Source: Acidobacteriota bacterium (GTDB taxonomy: Bacteria; Acidobacteriota; Vicinamibacteria; Vicinamibacterales; UBA2999). From it: a stretch of DNA of 64,000 nucleotides. Every line of letters starts with the position of its first letter. The first letter of the stretch is position 1. Positions 16,775-25,096 of this stretch are shown here, in pieces. The stretch lies in contig JBKPNV010000044.1 of NCBI GenBank assembly GCA_046732795.1, forward strand, positions 4,629 through 68,628. Direction: 5' to 3'. Both the position numbers and the translations under genes were made by a program. A model generated the notes under the pieces. It searched no databases and was not told the DNA's origin. It worked only from the letters and a program-made list of their open reading frames with translations.

Positions 16775-16836
16775 GTGTGCAATTTCCGCACACTCATCAC
16801 CTGCTTCGTAATCGGTGGGCACCACCCGAAGGTGCC
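16775..16836. promoter_or_regulatory. Two 6-N7-6 inverted repeats (possible activator sites) upstream of the S8 peptidase gene
   Basis: GTGTGC-aatttcc-GCACAC (16775-16793) and GGCACC-acccgaa-GGTGCC (16818-16836), with centres 43 bp apart. They lie in the 260-nt spacer after the bEBP gene. Confidence 0.3.
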
Positions 16837-16891
16837 AGCAATGACGGGAAACCTTTGATTGCTATAGCACTTAATCGTCCTCAATTCTGTT

Positions 16892-19105
16892 ATGTCAAAA
16901 CTCGGCAGAACTTTTGCGCTTGAGTTAGCCGTCGATATGCCGATTACACGATCGCTTCGAACCCTAACCTCGGCGGTTCTGACGGTGGCCGCGGTTCTGC
17001 TTATCACTCCAGGAGCCTCGGCTCAATCGAATGGCCGTGGCGGCAAACTGGACAAGTTTCTGCGTTATCGCTCGAAACAAATGTCTGGTCGCACCCGCGT
17101 GATCGTTGAATTCAATGGCGACACCGACGTGCGCATTTTTGGAAAACGGGGAGCGGCGGGACGAAAGCTCGGCCGGAACAGCCAGGTTGCAGAAGTGGAC
17201 AACGCCGAACTTGACAACCTTGCGTCCAACCCGCGTGTCAAGCGTGTGATCCACGACAGGCCGACGTTCGCCACGCTCGAGCGAACCGGCTTGACCACCG
17301 GCGCGACGCTCGTGCGGCAGCAGTTTGCCTACACGGGCAGGGGTATTGGTGTCGCGGTGATCGACTCCGGCATCTCAAATGCGCACGACGACCTGTATCG
17401 CACCACGGCCTGGAGTTTCTCGACCACGAACGGGCGCGTCGCGCACTTCAAGGACTTCACGGTCGACAACCCGAACGTGTGGTCGCCTTACGGCGCGTAC
17501 GACGATTACGGCCACGGCACGCATGTCGCCGGCATCATCGCCGGCACGGGATACGACTCGAACGGCAAGCACAAGGGGATGGCGCCCGGAGCAAAGCTGA
17601 TCGGCCTGAAGGTCATGGACGCGCGCGGAAATGGTTACATCAGCGACGTCATCGCCGCGATCGACTACGCGATCTCGGTGAGGGCGACCTACAACGTCCG
17701 CGTGATCAATCTGTCGGTCGCCTCAGGTGTTTACGAGTCCTACTGGACCGACCCGTTGACGCTCGCTGCCAAACGCGCGGTCGATGCAGGCATTGTCGTG
17801 GTCGCTTCGGCCGGCAATCTTGGCCAGGACGAGTTCGGACACAAGCAGACCGGTGGAATCACCTCGCCCGGAAACGCGCCGTGGGTGTTGACCGTCGGAG
17901 CGTCGAGCGAACAGGCGACGGCGGTTCGCAGCAACGACACGATCGCGAAGTTCAGCTCGAGCGGCCCGACGTGGATCGATTTCTCCGCCAAGCCGGACCT
18001 TGTCGCTCCGGGTGTCGCGATCGAGTCGTTGTCCGATGCGCACAGCACGCTCTACTATTCGCTGCCAAGCATGCTGCTCTCCGGCACCCTTCTGAACCTG
18101 GGTTACAAGCCGTACCTGAGCTTGAGCGGCACGAGCATGGCGGCGCCAGTGGTCTCGGGAATCGTTGCGCTGATGCTCGAGGCAAACCCCAAACTCACAC
18201 CGAACGCCGTCAAGGCTATCCTGCAGTACACCGCGCAGGTGAAAGGGAACACCAGCGCGCTCGCGCAGGGCGCGGGCATGCTGAACGCACGCGGCGCCGT
18301 GCGTCTCGCGAAGTTCTTCGCGGCTCCAGCCAATGGCGTGGGCAGTATGGGTGACAGCATCCAGGGCGAATGGGTGCCATGGGCGAAGCACATCATCTGG
18401 GGGAACTATCGTCTTACCGGCGGAATGATTCTTCCCGGCAGCAGCGCCTGGGGCACCACTGTTCGCTGGGGTGCGCTCAAAACATCCGACGGCGGCCGCG
18501 TCGTGTGGGGCGCCCGGTTCGACGAGAACATCGTGTGGAGCACCGCTGCCGACAACATCGTCTGGAGCACAGGCGGCGACGACAACATCGTGTGGAGCAC
18601 GGTCGGTGACGACAACATCGTGTGGAGCACGGGCGGCGACGACAACATCGTCTGGAGCACCGCTGCCGACGACAATATCGTCTGGAGCACTGGTGACGCG
18701 GACAATATCGTGTGGAGCACAGGCGGCGACGACAACATCGTCTGGAGCACCGCCGGCGAGGACAACATCGTCTGGAGTACCGGAACCCTGCAGAACGTGG
18801 TGTGGGGCGGCGACTGCGGTGGACGGAACTGTCAGAGGGTAGTCTGGGGCAAGGAGCTGAATGGTGTCGTCATGGGAACGGCGGCCAGCGGTGACAACAT
18901 CGTCTGGAGCACGGCTGCCGCTGACAACATCGTCTGGAGCACCGCCGGGCCGGAGAACGATAACATCGTCTGGAGCACGGCCGCCGACGACAACATCGTG
19001 TGGAGCACCAGTCGAGATGACAACATCGTCTGGAGCACCGGAACCGACGACGAGGAGGTCGTCTGGGCGGATACGGGCGAAGAGCTGATTGTGCCGGTGG
19101 AATGA
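16892..19105 (+). CDS. S8 (subtilisin-family) serine peptidase with C-terminal decapeptide-repeat domain
   Basis: Catalytic triad contexts are VAVIDSGI, HGTHVAGIIAG and SGTSMAAPVVSG. The alternative start ATG 16937 gives a clean signal peptide, MPITRSLRTLTSAVLTVAAVLLITPGASA. Confidence 0.9.
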   Translation: MSKLGRTFALELAVDMPITRSLRTLTSAVLTVAAVLLITPGASAQSNGRGGKLDKFLRYRSKQMSGRTRVIVEFNGDTDVRIFGKRGAAGRKLGRNSQVAEVDNAELDNLASNPRVKRVIHDRPTFATLERTGLTTGATLVRQQFAYTGRGIGVAVIDSGISNAHDDLYRTTAWSFSTTNGRVAHFKDFTVDNPNVWSPYGAYDDYGHGTHVAGIIAGTGYDSNGKHKGMAPGAKLIGLKVMDARGNGYISDVIAAIDYAISVRATYNVRVINLSVASGVYESYWTDPLTLAAKRAVDAGIVVVASAGNLGQDEFGHKQTGGITSPGNAPWVLTVGASSEQATAVRSNDTIAKFSSSGPTWIDFSAKPDLVAPGVAIESLSDAHSTLYYSLPSMLLSGTLLNLGYKPYLSLSGTSMAAPVVSGIVALMLEANPKLTPNAVKAILQYTAQVKGNTSALAQGAGMLNARGAVRLAKFFAAPANGVGSMGDSIQGEWVPWAKHIIWGNYRLTGGMILPGSSAWGTTVRWGALKTSDGGRVVWGARFDENIVWSTAADNIVWSTGGDDNIVWSTVGDDNIVWSTGGDDNIVWSTAADDNIVWSTGDADNIVWSTGGDDNIVWSTAGEDNIVWSTGTLQNVVWGGDCGGRNCQRVVWGKELNGVVMGTAASGDNIVWSTAAADNIVWSTAGPENDNIVWSTAADDNIVWSTSRDDNIVWSTGTDDEEVVWADTGEELIVPVE
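18388..19075 (+). repeat. In-frame tandem ~30-nt repeat encoding about 20 copies of (D/E)NIVWST(G/A)xD
   Basis: gacaacatcgt(c/g)tggagcac recurs with 30-nt (occasionally 27/36-nt) period at 18524-18783 and 18892-19043. Degenerate copies flank these blocks (HIIWGN, VRWGA, RVVWGA, NVVWGG, EVVWAD). Confidence 0.9.
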
Positions 19106-19208
19106 ACTCGAACAACTACGCAGCGGCAACACGGATCGGGGAGAAGGACCATGAGAACTCGAGTCACGATTATTTGGCTACCTGCTGACGTCCGCTAGCG
19201 AGCACCTG

Positions 19209-21047
19209 ATGCCCCAGCCGTCGCTCTGGCTAACCGGCCTGGCACTAGTCTGGGGAGTGCTCTATTTCGGACTGCGCGCGTATCGCATTGTCAAAGCCCG
19301 ATTCCGGGCAGAACAGCGGCGCGCCGAGCAACTGGCCGAACTGCACCTGGCAACGATCGAAGCTCTCGCGCGCGCGATCGACGCCAAGGACGGCACGGCC
19401 GAGAATCACATCCGCCGCGTTCAGCTCTACGCGACGGCGGTGGCTCGAGAGCTCGGCATGGCTGACGCCGAAGTTCAAGCGGTGCGTACCGCGGCGCTGT
19501 TGCACGACATCGGCAAGCTCGCCGTCCCGGAGCACATCCTCTCGAAGCCTGGTCCTCTGACAGCCGAAGAGTTCCAGAAGGTACAGGCACATCCGCAGGT
19601 CGGTGCGGACATCATTGCTGCTGTACCTTTTCCGTACCCCGTCGCGCCGCTGATTCAGAATCATCACGAGCGATGGGATGGACGAGGCTATCCGCGGGGG
19701 CTCAAGGGTGACGATATCCCGCTCGGCGCGCGCATCCTGTTTCTCGTGGACTACTTCGATGCGCTCACGTCGAACCGCCCGTATCACGAGGCGATGACGT
19801 TTGACGCCGCCGTCGCACTGATCGAGCAGGAGGCAGGCAAGGCACTCGACCCGCAAGCGGTCGCGGCGTTCGTACACGTGCTGCCGCAGGTTCGCAGCGA
19901 AGCGGAAAGCGCAGAAAAAGAGCGCAAGACTGGCCCCGTCGATGCCACATCCGCGCAGGCCATGCACACTGATCGATCGAAATCGTCGGTGTTCAATGAC
20001 ATCGCCATCGCCCACGGCGAGATCTACGCGCTCTACCAGATCGCTCAGACGATGGGGACCAGCCTCGGCGTATCGGACACGATGGCGCTCATCGCGTCGA
20101 AGTTGACGAGCCTGGTGCCCTTCTCGGCGTGTACGTTGTTCCTGTATGACGAGAACGCCAACCTGCTGACGTGTCGGTTTGCGACCGGCACCGACTACGA
20201 GTTGATGCAGCAGCTGACACTGAAGGGCGGTCAGGGGATCACCGGATGGGTCGCTCGCAACCGACGTCCGCTCGTCAACGCGCGCCCTAGCGGAGATCTC
20301 GAAGCGGCTGGTTCACCACTGGCGACAACGCTGCAATCCGCGCTGGTGTGCCCGCTGCTGCTCGGGGATCGCATCATTGGCACACTCGCTGTGTACCACA
20401 CGACGCCGAGCTTTTATGGCGATGACCATCGCCGGCTGCTCGATCGTGTGTGCGAACAGGCCGCGGCGGTCATTCACAACTCGATCGTGTTCGAGCAGAC
20501 GCACGAGGCGTCGCTCACCGATCCACTGACCAACCTGCCGAACACGCGATTCATGGTCAATCACCTGGCGCGCGAGCTGTCGCGCGCCGAGCGCGGGAGC
20601 GCGGAGGTCTCGCTCCTCGTGATGGACTTGAACGATTTCAAGGACATCAACGACACATTCGGGCATCATGTCGGTGATCGCGCGCTTCGGGCGGTCGGGC
20701 AGGTGCTTCGCGGCGCCATCCGTCCCTACGATGTGTGCGTTCGCTACGCCGGCGATGAATTCATCGTCGTTCTCGCCGGTTGCGGCTGGGACGAAGCGGA
20801 GTACAAGCGACTCGAGTTGCAGGAAGCGGTGGAGAGCCTCGTCTTCGAGGCCAAGCCGGGCGTGCGAATGCCGCTCTCGATCAGCGCGGGTGCGGCGGTC
20901 TTCCCGCACGATGGAAACAGCTACGAAGTTCTGATGGCGAAGGCCGATCGCCGTATGTATCGAAACAAGATGATGCACAAGCGGGACATGCAGTCCAGAG
21001 TGTCTGGTCAACCACAACCCGTATCGGACAGTCGAGCCGCCTCATGA
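19209..21047 (+). CDS. Membrane-anchored HD-GYP / GAF / GGDEF (AGDEF variant) c-di-GMP signalling protein
   Basis: N-terminal TM segment. HD-GYP motifs are LLHDIGKLAVPEHIL and HHERWDGRGYPRGL. A GAF-like middle region follows. The GGDEF domain reads RYAGDEFIVVL. Confidence 0.85.
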   Translation: MPQPSLWLTGLALVWGVLYFGLRAYRIVKARFRAEQRRAEQLAELHLATIEALARAIDAKDGTAENHIRRVQLYATAVARELGMADAEVQAVRTAALLHDIGKLAVPEHILSKPGPLTAEEFQKVQAHPQVGADIIAAVPFPYPVAPLIQNHHERWDGRGYPRGLKGDDIPLGARILFLVDYFDALTSNRPYHEAMTFDAAVALIEQEAGKALDPQAVAAFVHVLPQVRSEAESAEKERKTGPVDATSAQAMHTDRSKSSVFNDIAIAHGEIYALYQIAQTMGTSLGVSDTMALIASKLTSLVPFSACTLFLYDENANLLTCRFATGTDYELMQQLTLKGGQGITGWVARNRRPLVNARPSGDLEAAGSPLATTLQSALVCPLLLGDRIIGTLAVYHTTPSFYGDDHRRLLDRVCEQAAAVIHNSIVFEQTHEASLTDPLTNLPNTRFMVNHLARELSRAERGSAEVSLLVMDLNDFKDINDTFGHHVGDRALRAVGQVLRGAIRPYDVCVRYAGDEFIVVLAGCGWDEAEYKRLELQEAVESLVFEAKPGVRMPLSISAGAAVFPHDGNSYEVLMAKADRRMYRNKMMHKRDMQSRVSGQPQPVSDSRAAS

Positions 21048-21122
21048 CGGCGGGGCTGAGGACCCGCCGCTACAATTCAAAGTGGAGGCGGGGCTTCAGA
21101 CTCGCCTGAGAGATAGCCATTC

Positions 21123-21896
21123 CTACATCCCGGTGACGTGATATCCGGCGTCGACGATAAGCACTTCACCCGTGATGCCCTTACCAGCGTCGCTCAGCAG
21201 AAAGGCCGATGCCTCAGCGACCTCGGACGTTTCCACATTGCGGCGAAGCGGGGCGCGGTCGGGATACACGTGGAGAATGTTCGAAAAGCCCTTGATGCCG
21301 GCGGCAGCAAGCGTCTTGATCGGTCCGGCGGACACCGCGTTCACGCGAACGCCCTTCGGGCCGACGTCAGACGCGAGGTATCGCACCGTCGCCTCGAGTG
21401 CCGCCTTCGCCACGCCCATCACGTTGTAGTTCGGGAACACCCGCTGGCTTCCGAGAAATGACAGGGTCACGACGGATCCACCGCCTCGCTTTTCGAACAG
21501 CGGCATCGCCGCTCTGGTCAATCCGATCAGCGAATAGGCGGAGATGTCCATCGCCGTCCGAAAGCCGTCACGCGTCGTGTTGACGAACGGCGCTTCGAGC
21601 TCTTCGCGCGGCGCAAATGCTGCACCGTGGACCAGAAAATCGAGTTCCCCGAATTCCTGATCGATTTTTTCGAACACCGCTGCAATCTCGGCGTCAGACG
21701 ACACATCGCACGGCAGCACGAGAGCGGGCTGTTCGAGGCCATGTGAGAGTTCGTGGACGTGTTCCTGGAAGCGACCCTGATAGGTGAGAGCCAGGCGCGC
21801 GCCGCGGCGTGCAACCGCTTGTGCGATGGCCCACGAAATCGAACGCTTGTTGGCCACACCAACGATGAGGCCGTATTTTCCCGTGAAGTCGGTCAT
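21123..21896 (-). CDS. fabI: Enoyl-[acyl-carrier-protein] reductase (NADH)
   Basis: GLIVGVANKRSISWAIA, and the Y-x6-K context NYNVMGVAKAALEA. Confidence 0.9.
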   Translation of the reverse strand: MTDFTGKYGLIVGVANKRSISWAIAQAVARRGARLALTYQGRFQEHVHELSHGLEQPALVLPCDVSSDAEIAAVFEKIDQEFGELDFLVHGAAFAPREELEAPFVNTTRDGFRTAMDISAYSLIGLTRAAMPLFEKRGGGSVVTLSFLGSQRVFPNYNVMGVAKAALEATVRYLASDVGPKGVRVNAVSAGPIKTLAAAGIKGFSNILHVYPDRAPLRRNVETSEVAEASAFLLSDAGKGITGEVLIVDAGYHVTGM

Positions 21897-21945
21897 AAAA
21901 AATGGCGGACTGCAGGCCGGGGCAACGGGTAGGGATGGAAGCTAC

Positions 21946-22683
21946 TTATCGCCCGCGCTTTGGTCCGCGGCTTTGACCGGGTCGCCCATGACCGCCGCCT
22001 TGGCCGGGGCGTCCACCGCGTTGGCCTGACGGACCTTGCCGGTTGCCGTGCCGCGGCTGGTTGCCACTCTGCTGTCCGCCGGGGCGCGAACCCTGACCCG
22101 ATCCATGGCGAGCGTTGCCGAATCGCGATTGGCCCGATGAATGTCCCTGCGCCTGCTTCGCGTGACGATTCCCGCGCGACTTGTTGCCATTACGCTGCCC
22201 ACCGAACCGGTCGCCGCTTTGACGGATCGTGAAGTCTGTCGGCTTCCGCTCGGGCGGCTGGCCCTCGGGCCGGGGAAGAGTGGCACGAATCAGTGGACGA
22301 TGGACGGGCCACTCATCGTCGCCGGCCGCGACACCAGGAGGATCATCCACCGCGACAATGGCTTCGGGCTCTTTCGTGGCATCGATGGTTTCGACCGGAA
22401 GGACCGGCTCGGTCTCGATCACGTCGACGACCGTGTCCTCGGCAACCAGGATCGGGGGTTCTGCCGGTTCCACAGGTACCGGTGCTGTCGCCGCGACAGG
22501 TTTCTTCCGTCGCGACGCCGGCACCTTGGCGTGCTTGTACTCGTGCTCGGCGTCACAGGTGGTGCAGCGTGTCTGCTTCACCTCGTCTTCGATCATCGCC
22601 ACCACCGCATGGTTAGTGACGCGACGCTCGCGCGGACAGTAATCGTCTAGAACGTCACCGAGCCGAACCCGGCGCTGCTGCAT
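21946..22683 (-). CDS. Hypothetical protein: N-terminal Cys/His (zinc-ribbon-like) module plus Arg/Gly/Gln-rich disordered tail
   Basis: The N-terminus is DDYCPRERRVTNHAVVAMIEDEVKQTRCTTCDAEHEYKH. The C-terminal ~100 aa are GGQRNGNKSRGNRH...GQRGGRPGQGGGHGRPGQSRGPKRGR. Confidence 0.6.
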   Translation of the reverse strand: MQQRRVRLGDVLDDYCPRERRVTNHAVVAMIEDEVKQTRCTTCDAEHEYKHAKVPASRRKKPVAATAPVPVEPAEPPILVAEDTVVDVIETEPVLPVETIDATKEPEAIVAVDDPPGVAAGDDEWPVHRPLIRATLPRPEGQPPERKPTDFTIRQSGDRFGGQRNGNKSRGNRHAKQAQGHSSGQSRFGNARHGSGQGSRPGGQQSGNQPRHGNRQGPSGQRGGRPGQGGGHGRPGQSRGPKRGR

Positions 22684-22797
22684 GAAACTCCCCCGGAAGC
22701 AACCTTCAGGGCGGGGCAGGTGAAATCAGAGTGAAGGTCCGCTTGAGTGTAACCCTAAAACCCAAATTCCCAAAAGCAACTCGCAATTCCCACCGTC

Positions 22798-22828
22798 CAA
22801 CTCGCAAATTCCCGTTATTTGCGAGTTG
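22798..22828 (-). terminator. Perfect 11-bp stem hairpin spanning the argH stop codon, with a second copy of the 3' arm and a U-rich tract downstream
   Basis: caactcgcaaa (22798-22808) pairs with tttgcgagttg (22818-22828). A duplicate arm caactcgcaa lies at 22777-22786. On the minus-strand RNA it is followed by CUUUUGGGAAUUUGGGUUUU. Confidence 0.5.
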
Positions 22829-24215
22829 CCGCCTGGAAGTCGGGCGTCGACGATATCCAACTCCGGCAGTCCTCGAGCGCGGCTCGAACTGCGTCAGGAT
22901 TCGTGGACTGCGGCGTTCGGCGGGCCTGAACCGACGCGAGTGCCGTCGCAGCCCTCGGAGCGTCGTCGCCGAACATGTCGCTCGCTTCGCGCCATTCCGC
23001 CATCGTCAACGTGCTGAAGTCGCGCCCCGCGGCAAGGAGCCCTCTGACCATCGCAGCAACGACCTCGTGGGCGCGCCGGAATGGCATGCCGCGGGCAACC
23101 AGGTAATCGGCCACGTCGGTCGCGAGCAGCAACCCCGAAGCCGCATGCTCCGACCGCTCGGCGTTCACCGATAGATGGGAGACTACGGCGTGTGTCGCAG
23201 CGAGCGATGCCGCGTAGGTGCCCTCGGCATCGAACACGGCCTCCTTATCCTCCTGCAGATCCTTGTTGTAGCCGCCGGGCAGCCCTTTCATCGTCGTCAG
23301 CCAACCGGTGAGCCGGCCAATCGCCCTGCCGGTCTTGCCGCGTACGAGCTCCAGCGGATCGGGATTCTTCTTCTGCGGCATCATGCTGCTGCCGGTAGCC
23401 GACGCGTCGGACAGATCGAAGAAGCCGTATTCCTCGCCAGTGAAGATGATGAGGTCCTCGGCGATCCGGCTCAGATGCACCATCCCAAGCGAGATCGCGT
23501 AGAGAAACGTTGCAACGAAATCTCGATCGGAAGAGGCGTCCATGCTGTTGGCCACGACGCGCGAAAACCCGAGCGTGCGAGCGAGCAGATCCGTGTCGAT
23601 GCCGTAACTCGTACCCGCGATCGCGCCCGAACCGAGCGTCAACGAATCCGCTTCCTGCGCCGCAACGGCGAGGCGGGCGTGATCGCGCCGCAACGCTGAA
23701 GCGTGAGACAGGAAGAAATGGGCGACGAGGACCGGCTGCGCGCGGCGCAGGTGCGTGTAGGACGGCATCATCGCCGCACCCGCCTGTTCCGCCTGGTCGG
23801 CACACGCCGCGACGAGGCGCACCACGCCGCGCTCAAGCAGTCCAATGCGCCGGCGCAGATACAGCCGCAGGTCGAGCGAGACTTGTTCGTTTCGCGAACG
23901 GCCGGTGTGAAGCCGGCGGCCGGCATCACCAATGCGCTCCACGAGCTGACGCTCGACGAAGCTGTGCACGTCCTCATCTGGTCCCGACACCCAGGACGGA
24001 TCGCGGCGGCCCTGCTCGAGAATGTCGCCAAGCGCGGCAACGATGGCCGTCGCATCGTCAGAGGACAGCACGCCGGCGGCCGCGAGCGCTTGCGCCCACG
24101 CGATGCTCCCCGTCACATCGTCTTCGAAGAGCGCGCGATCGAAACCGAACGAAATACCGAAGTCGAATGCCACCGGGTCGGGGGCAATGTCGAAGCGACC
24201 GGACCAGAGCGTCAC
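22815..24215 (-). CDS. argH: Argininosuccinate lyase
   Basis: LWSGRF N-terminus and the signature GSSMMPQKKNPD. GTG 24215 overlaps the argG-like stop (GTGA), so it is preferred over the longer ORF start at 24254. Confidence 0.95.
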   Translation of the reverse strand: MTLWSGRFDIAPDPVAFDFGISFGFDRALFEDDVTGSIAWAQALAAAGVLSSDDATAIVAALGDILEQGRRDPSWVSGPDEDVHSFVERQLVERIGDAGRRLHTGRSRNEQVSLDLRLYLRRRIGLLERGVVRLVAACADQAEQAGAAMMPSYTHLRRAQPVLVAHFFLSHASALRRDHARLAVAAQEADSLTLGSGAIAGTSYGIDTDLLARTLGFSRVVANSMDASSDRDFVATFLYAISLGMVHLSRIAEDLIIFTGEEYGFFDLSDASATGSSMMPQKKNPDPLELVRGKTGRAIGRLTGWLTTMKGLPGGYNKDLQEDKEAVFDAEGTYAASLAATHAVVSHLSVNAERSEHAASGLLLATDVADYLVARGMPFRRAHEVVAAMVRGLLAAGRDFSTLTMAEWREASDMFGDDAPRAATALASVQARRTPQSTNPDAVRAALEDCRSWISSTPDFQAATRK

Positions 24216-25096
24216 GCGAGTCGCCCCACTTCTGCGTCGTTCAACACCGTGCACCCGCCATCCAGCACCGACAGATGCACGACGCCCGTGCGGCCGGTAA
24301 GCGCGGCGTGCGCGGTGTGCAGGACCATCGCCGCTGGCGCATCGTAGACGACGGTACGGCCGTTGCGGCTGCTCTCGAGACGACCGACTCCATACCGGCC
24401 CGCAATAAGGGCGAGGCTTTCCACCAGTTCCACCGGGGGCATCGGCACCTCGTTGATGGACACCGGCATGCCGCTCTCGAAGCCGATCGCCAGACGGGCC
24501 GATTCGGCGGGCTTGGCGGTGGCTCGCTCCAGTGTCTCCTCGGGCCGCCCCTCCATATCGTGGAAGCTAATCATTCGCCCCCAGAGACTCTGTTCGATCC
24601 GGCAATCCGGGTCGGGCGGGCGCCGGGGCGCAATGCCGCGGGCACGCGCAAACGCGTCCAACTCGCTCCCCTTCATCTGCCACTCGCGTGCCGGGGCGGC
24701 GATGGACACGCGCGAATCCAGCGACTGGAGGGCCGCGTCAATCGCTGCGTCGCGTGAGGCATGCGCGACCACGGACGTACCTTCGATGCGGGCAACCTCG
24801 AGAAGCTTGCGCGCAATGAGAGGACGCGTGAACTCGCCGATGAGCGGTCCCTCGTCGAGCGGACCACGAGCCAGCGACGGCAGCAGGAACTCGCGCACGA
24901 GCTCTTCACGGGCGTCAATGGCATGCGCCCGCGACGCGCCGCACGACAGCGCGCGCGCGCGAATCGCGCCAAGGTCCTCGCCTTGACCGACATCGAGCGT
25001 CACCGTCACGACCTCGGCGCCACGAGTCTCCCGCAACCAGTGGATTGCGTTCGAGGAAACAAATCCCCCCGAATAGGCCAGCACAATCGTGTTCAT
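24212..25096 (-). CDS. argG: Argininosuccinate synthase-like PP-loop protein, short and motif-divergent
   Basis: 294 aa. MNTIVLAYSGGFVSS... is collinear with ArgG up to GRYGVGR. The start overlaps the argR stop (ATGA). The canonical SGGLDTS and TGKGNDQVRFE motifs are altered and the C-terminal ~100 aa are absent. Confidence 0.7.
   Translation of the reverse strand: MNTIVLAYSGGFVSSNAIHWLRETRGAEVVTVTLDVGQGEDLGAIRARALSCGASRAHAIDAREELVREFLLPSLARGPLDEGPLIGEFTRPLIARKLLEVARIEGTSVVAHASRDAAIDAALQSLDSRVSIAAPAREWQMKGSELDAFARARGIAPRRPPDPDCRIEQSLWGRMISFHDMEGRPEETLERATAKPAESARLAIGFESGMPVSINEVPMPPVELVESLALIAGRYGVGRLESSRNGRTVVYDAPAAMVLHTAHAALTGRTGVVHLSVLDGGCTVLNDAEVGRLA

Noticed and set aside
16631-16891. 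Sigma-54 (-24/-12) promoter expected downstream of the bEBP gene.
   Set aside because: No GG-N10-GC element with TGGCAC/TTGC context was found by eye. The best candidate has N12 spacing. I therefore do not call a sigma-54 promoter.
18524-19043. Regular 30-nt periodic repeats that could superficially suggest a CRISPR array.
   Set aside because: There are no unique spacers between repeats, and the units are contiguous and in frame within a protease ORF. No cas genes are present.
17723-19132. 469-aa minus-strand ORF with APDDVV repeats.
   Set aside because: It is the mirror image of the S8 peptidase decapeptide repeat on the opposite strand. The plus-strand frame carries the complete subtilisin catalytic triad and a signal peptide.
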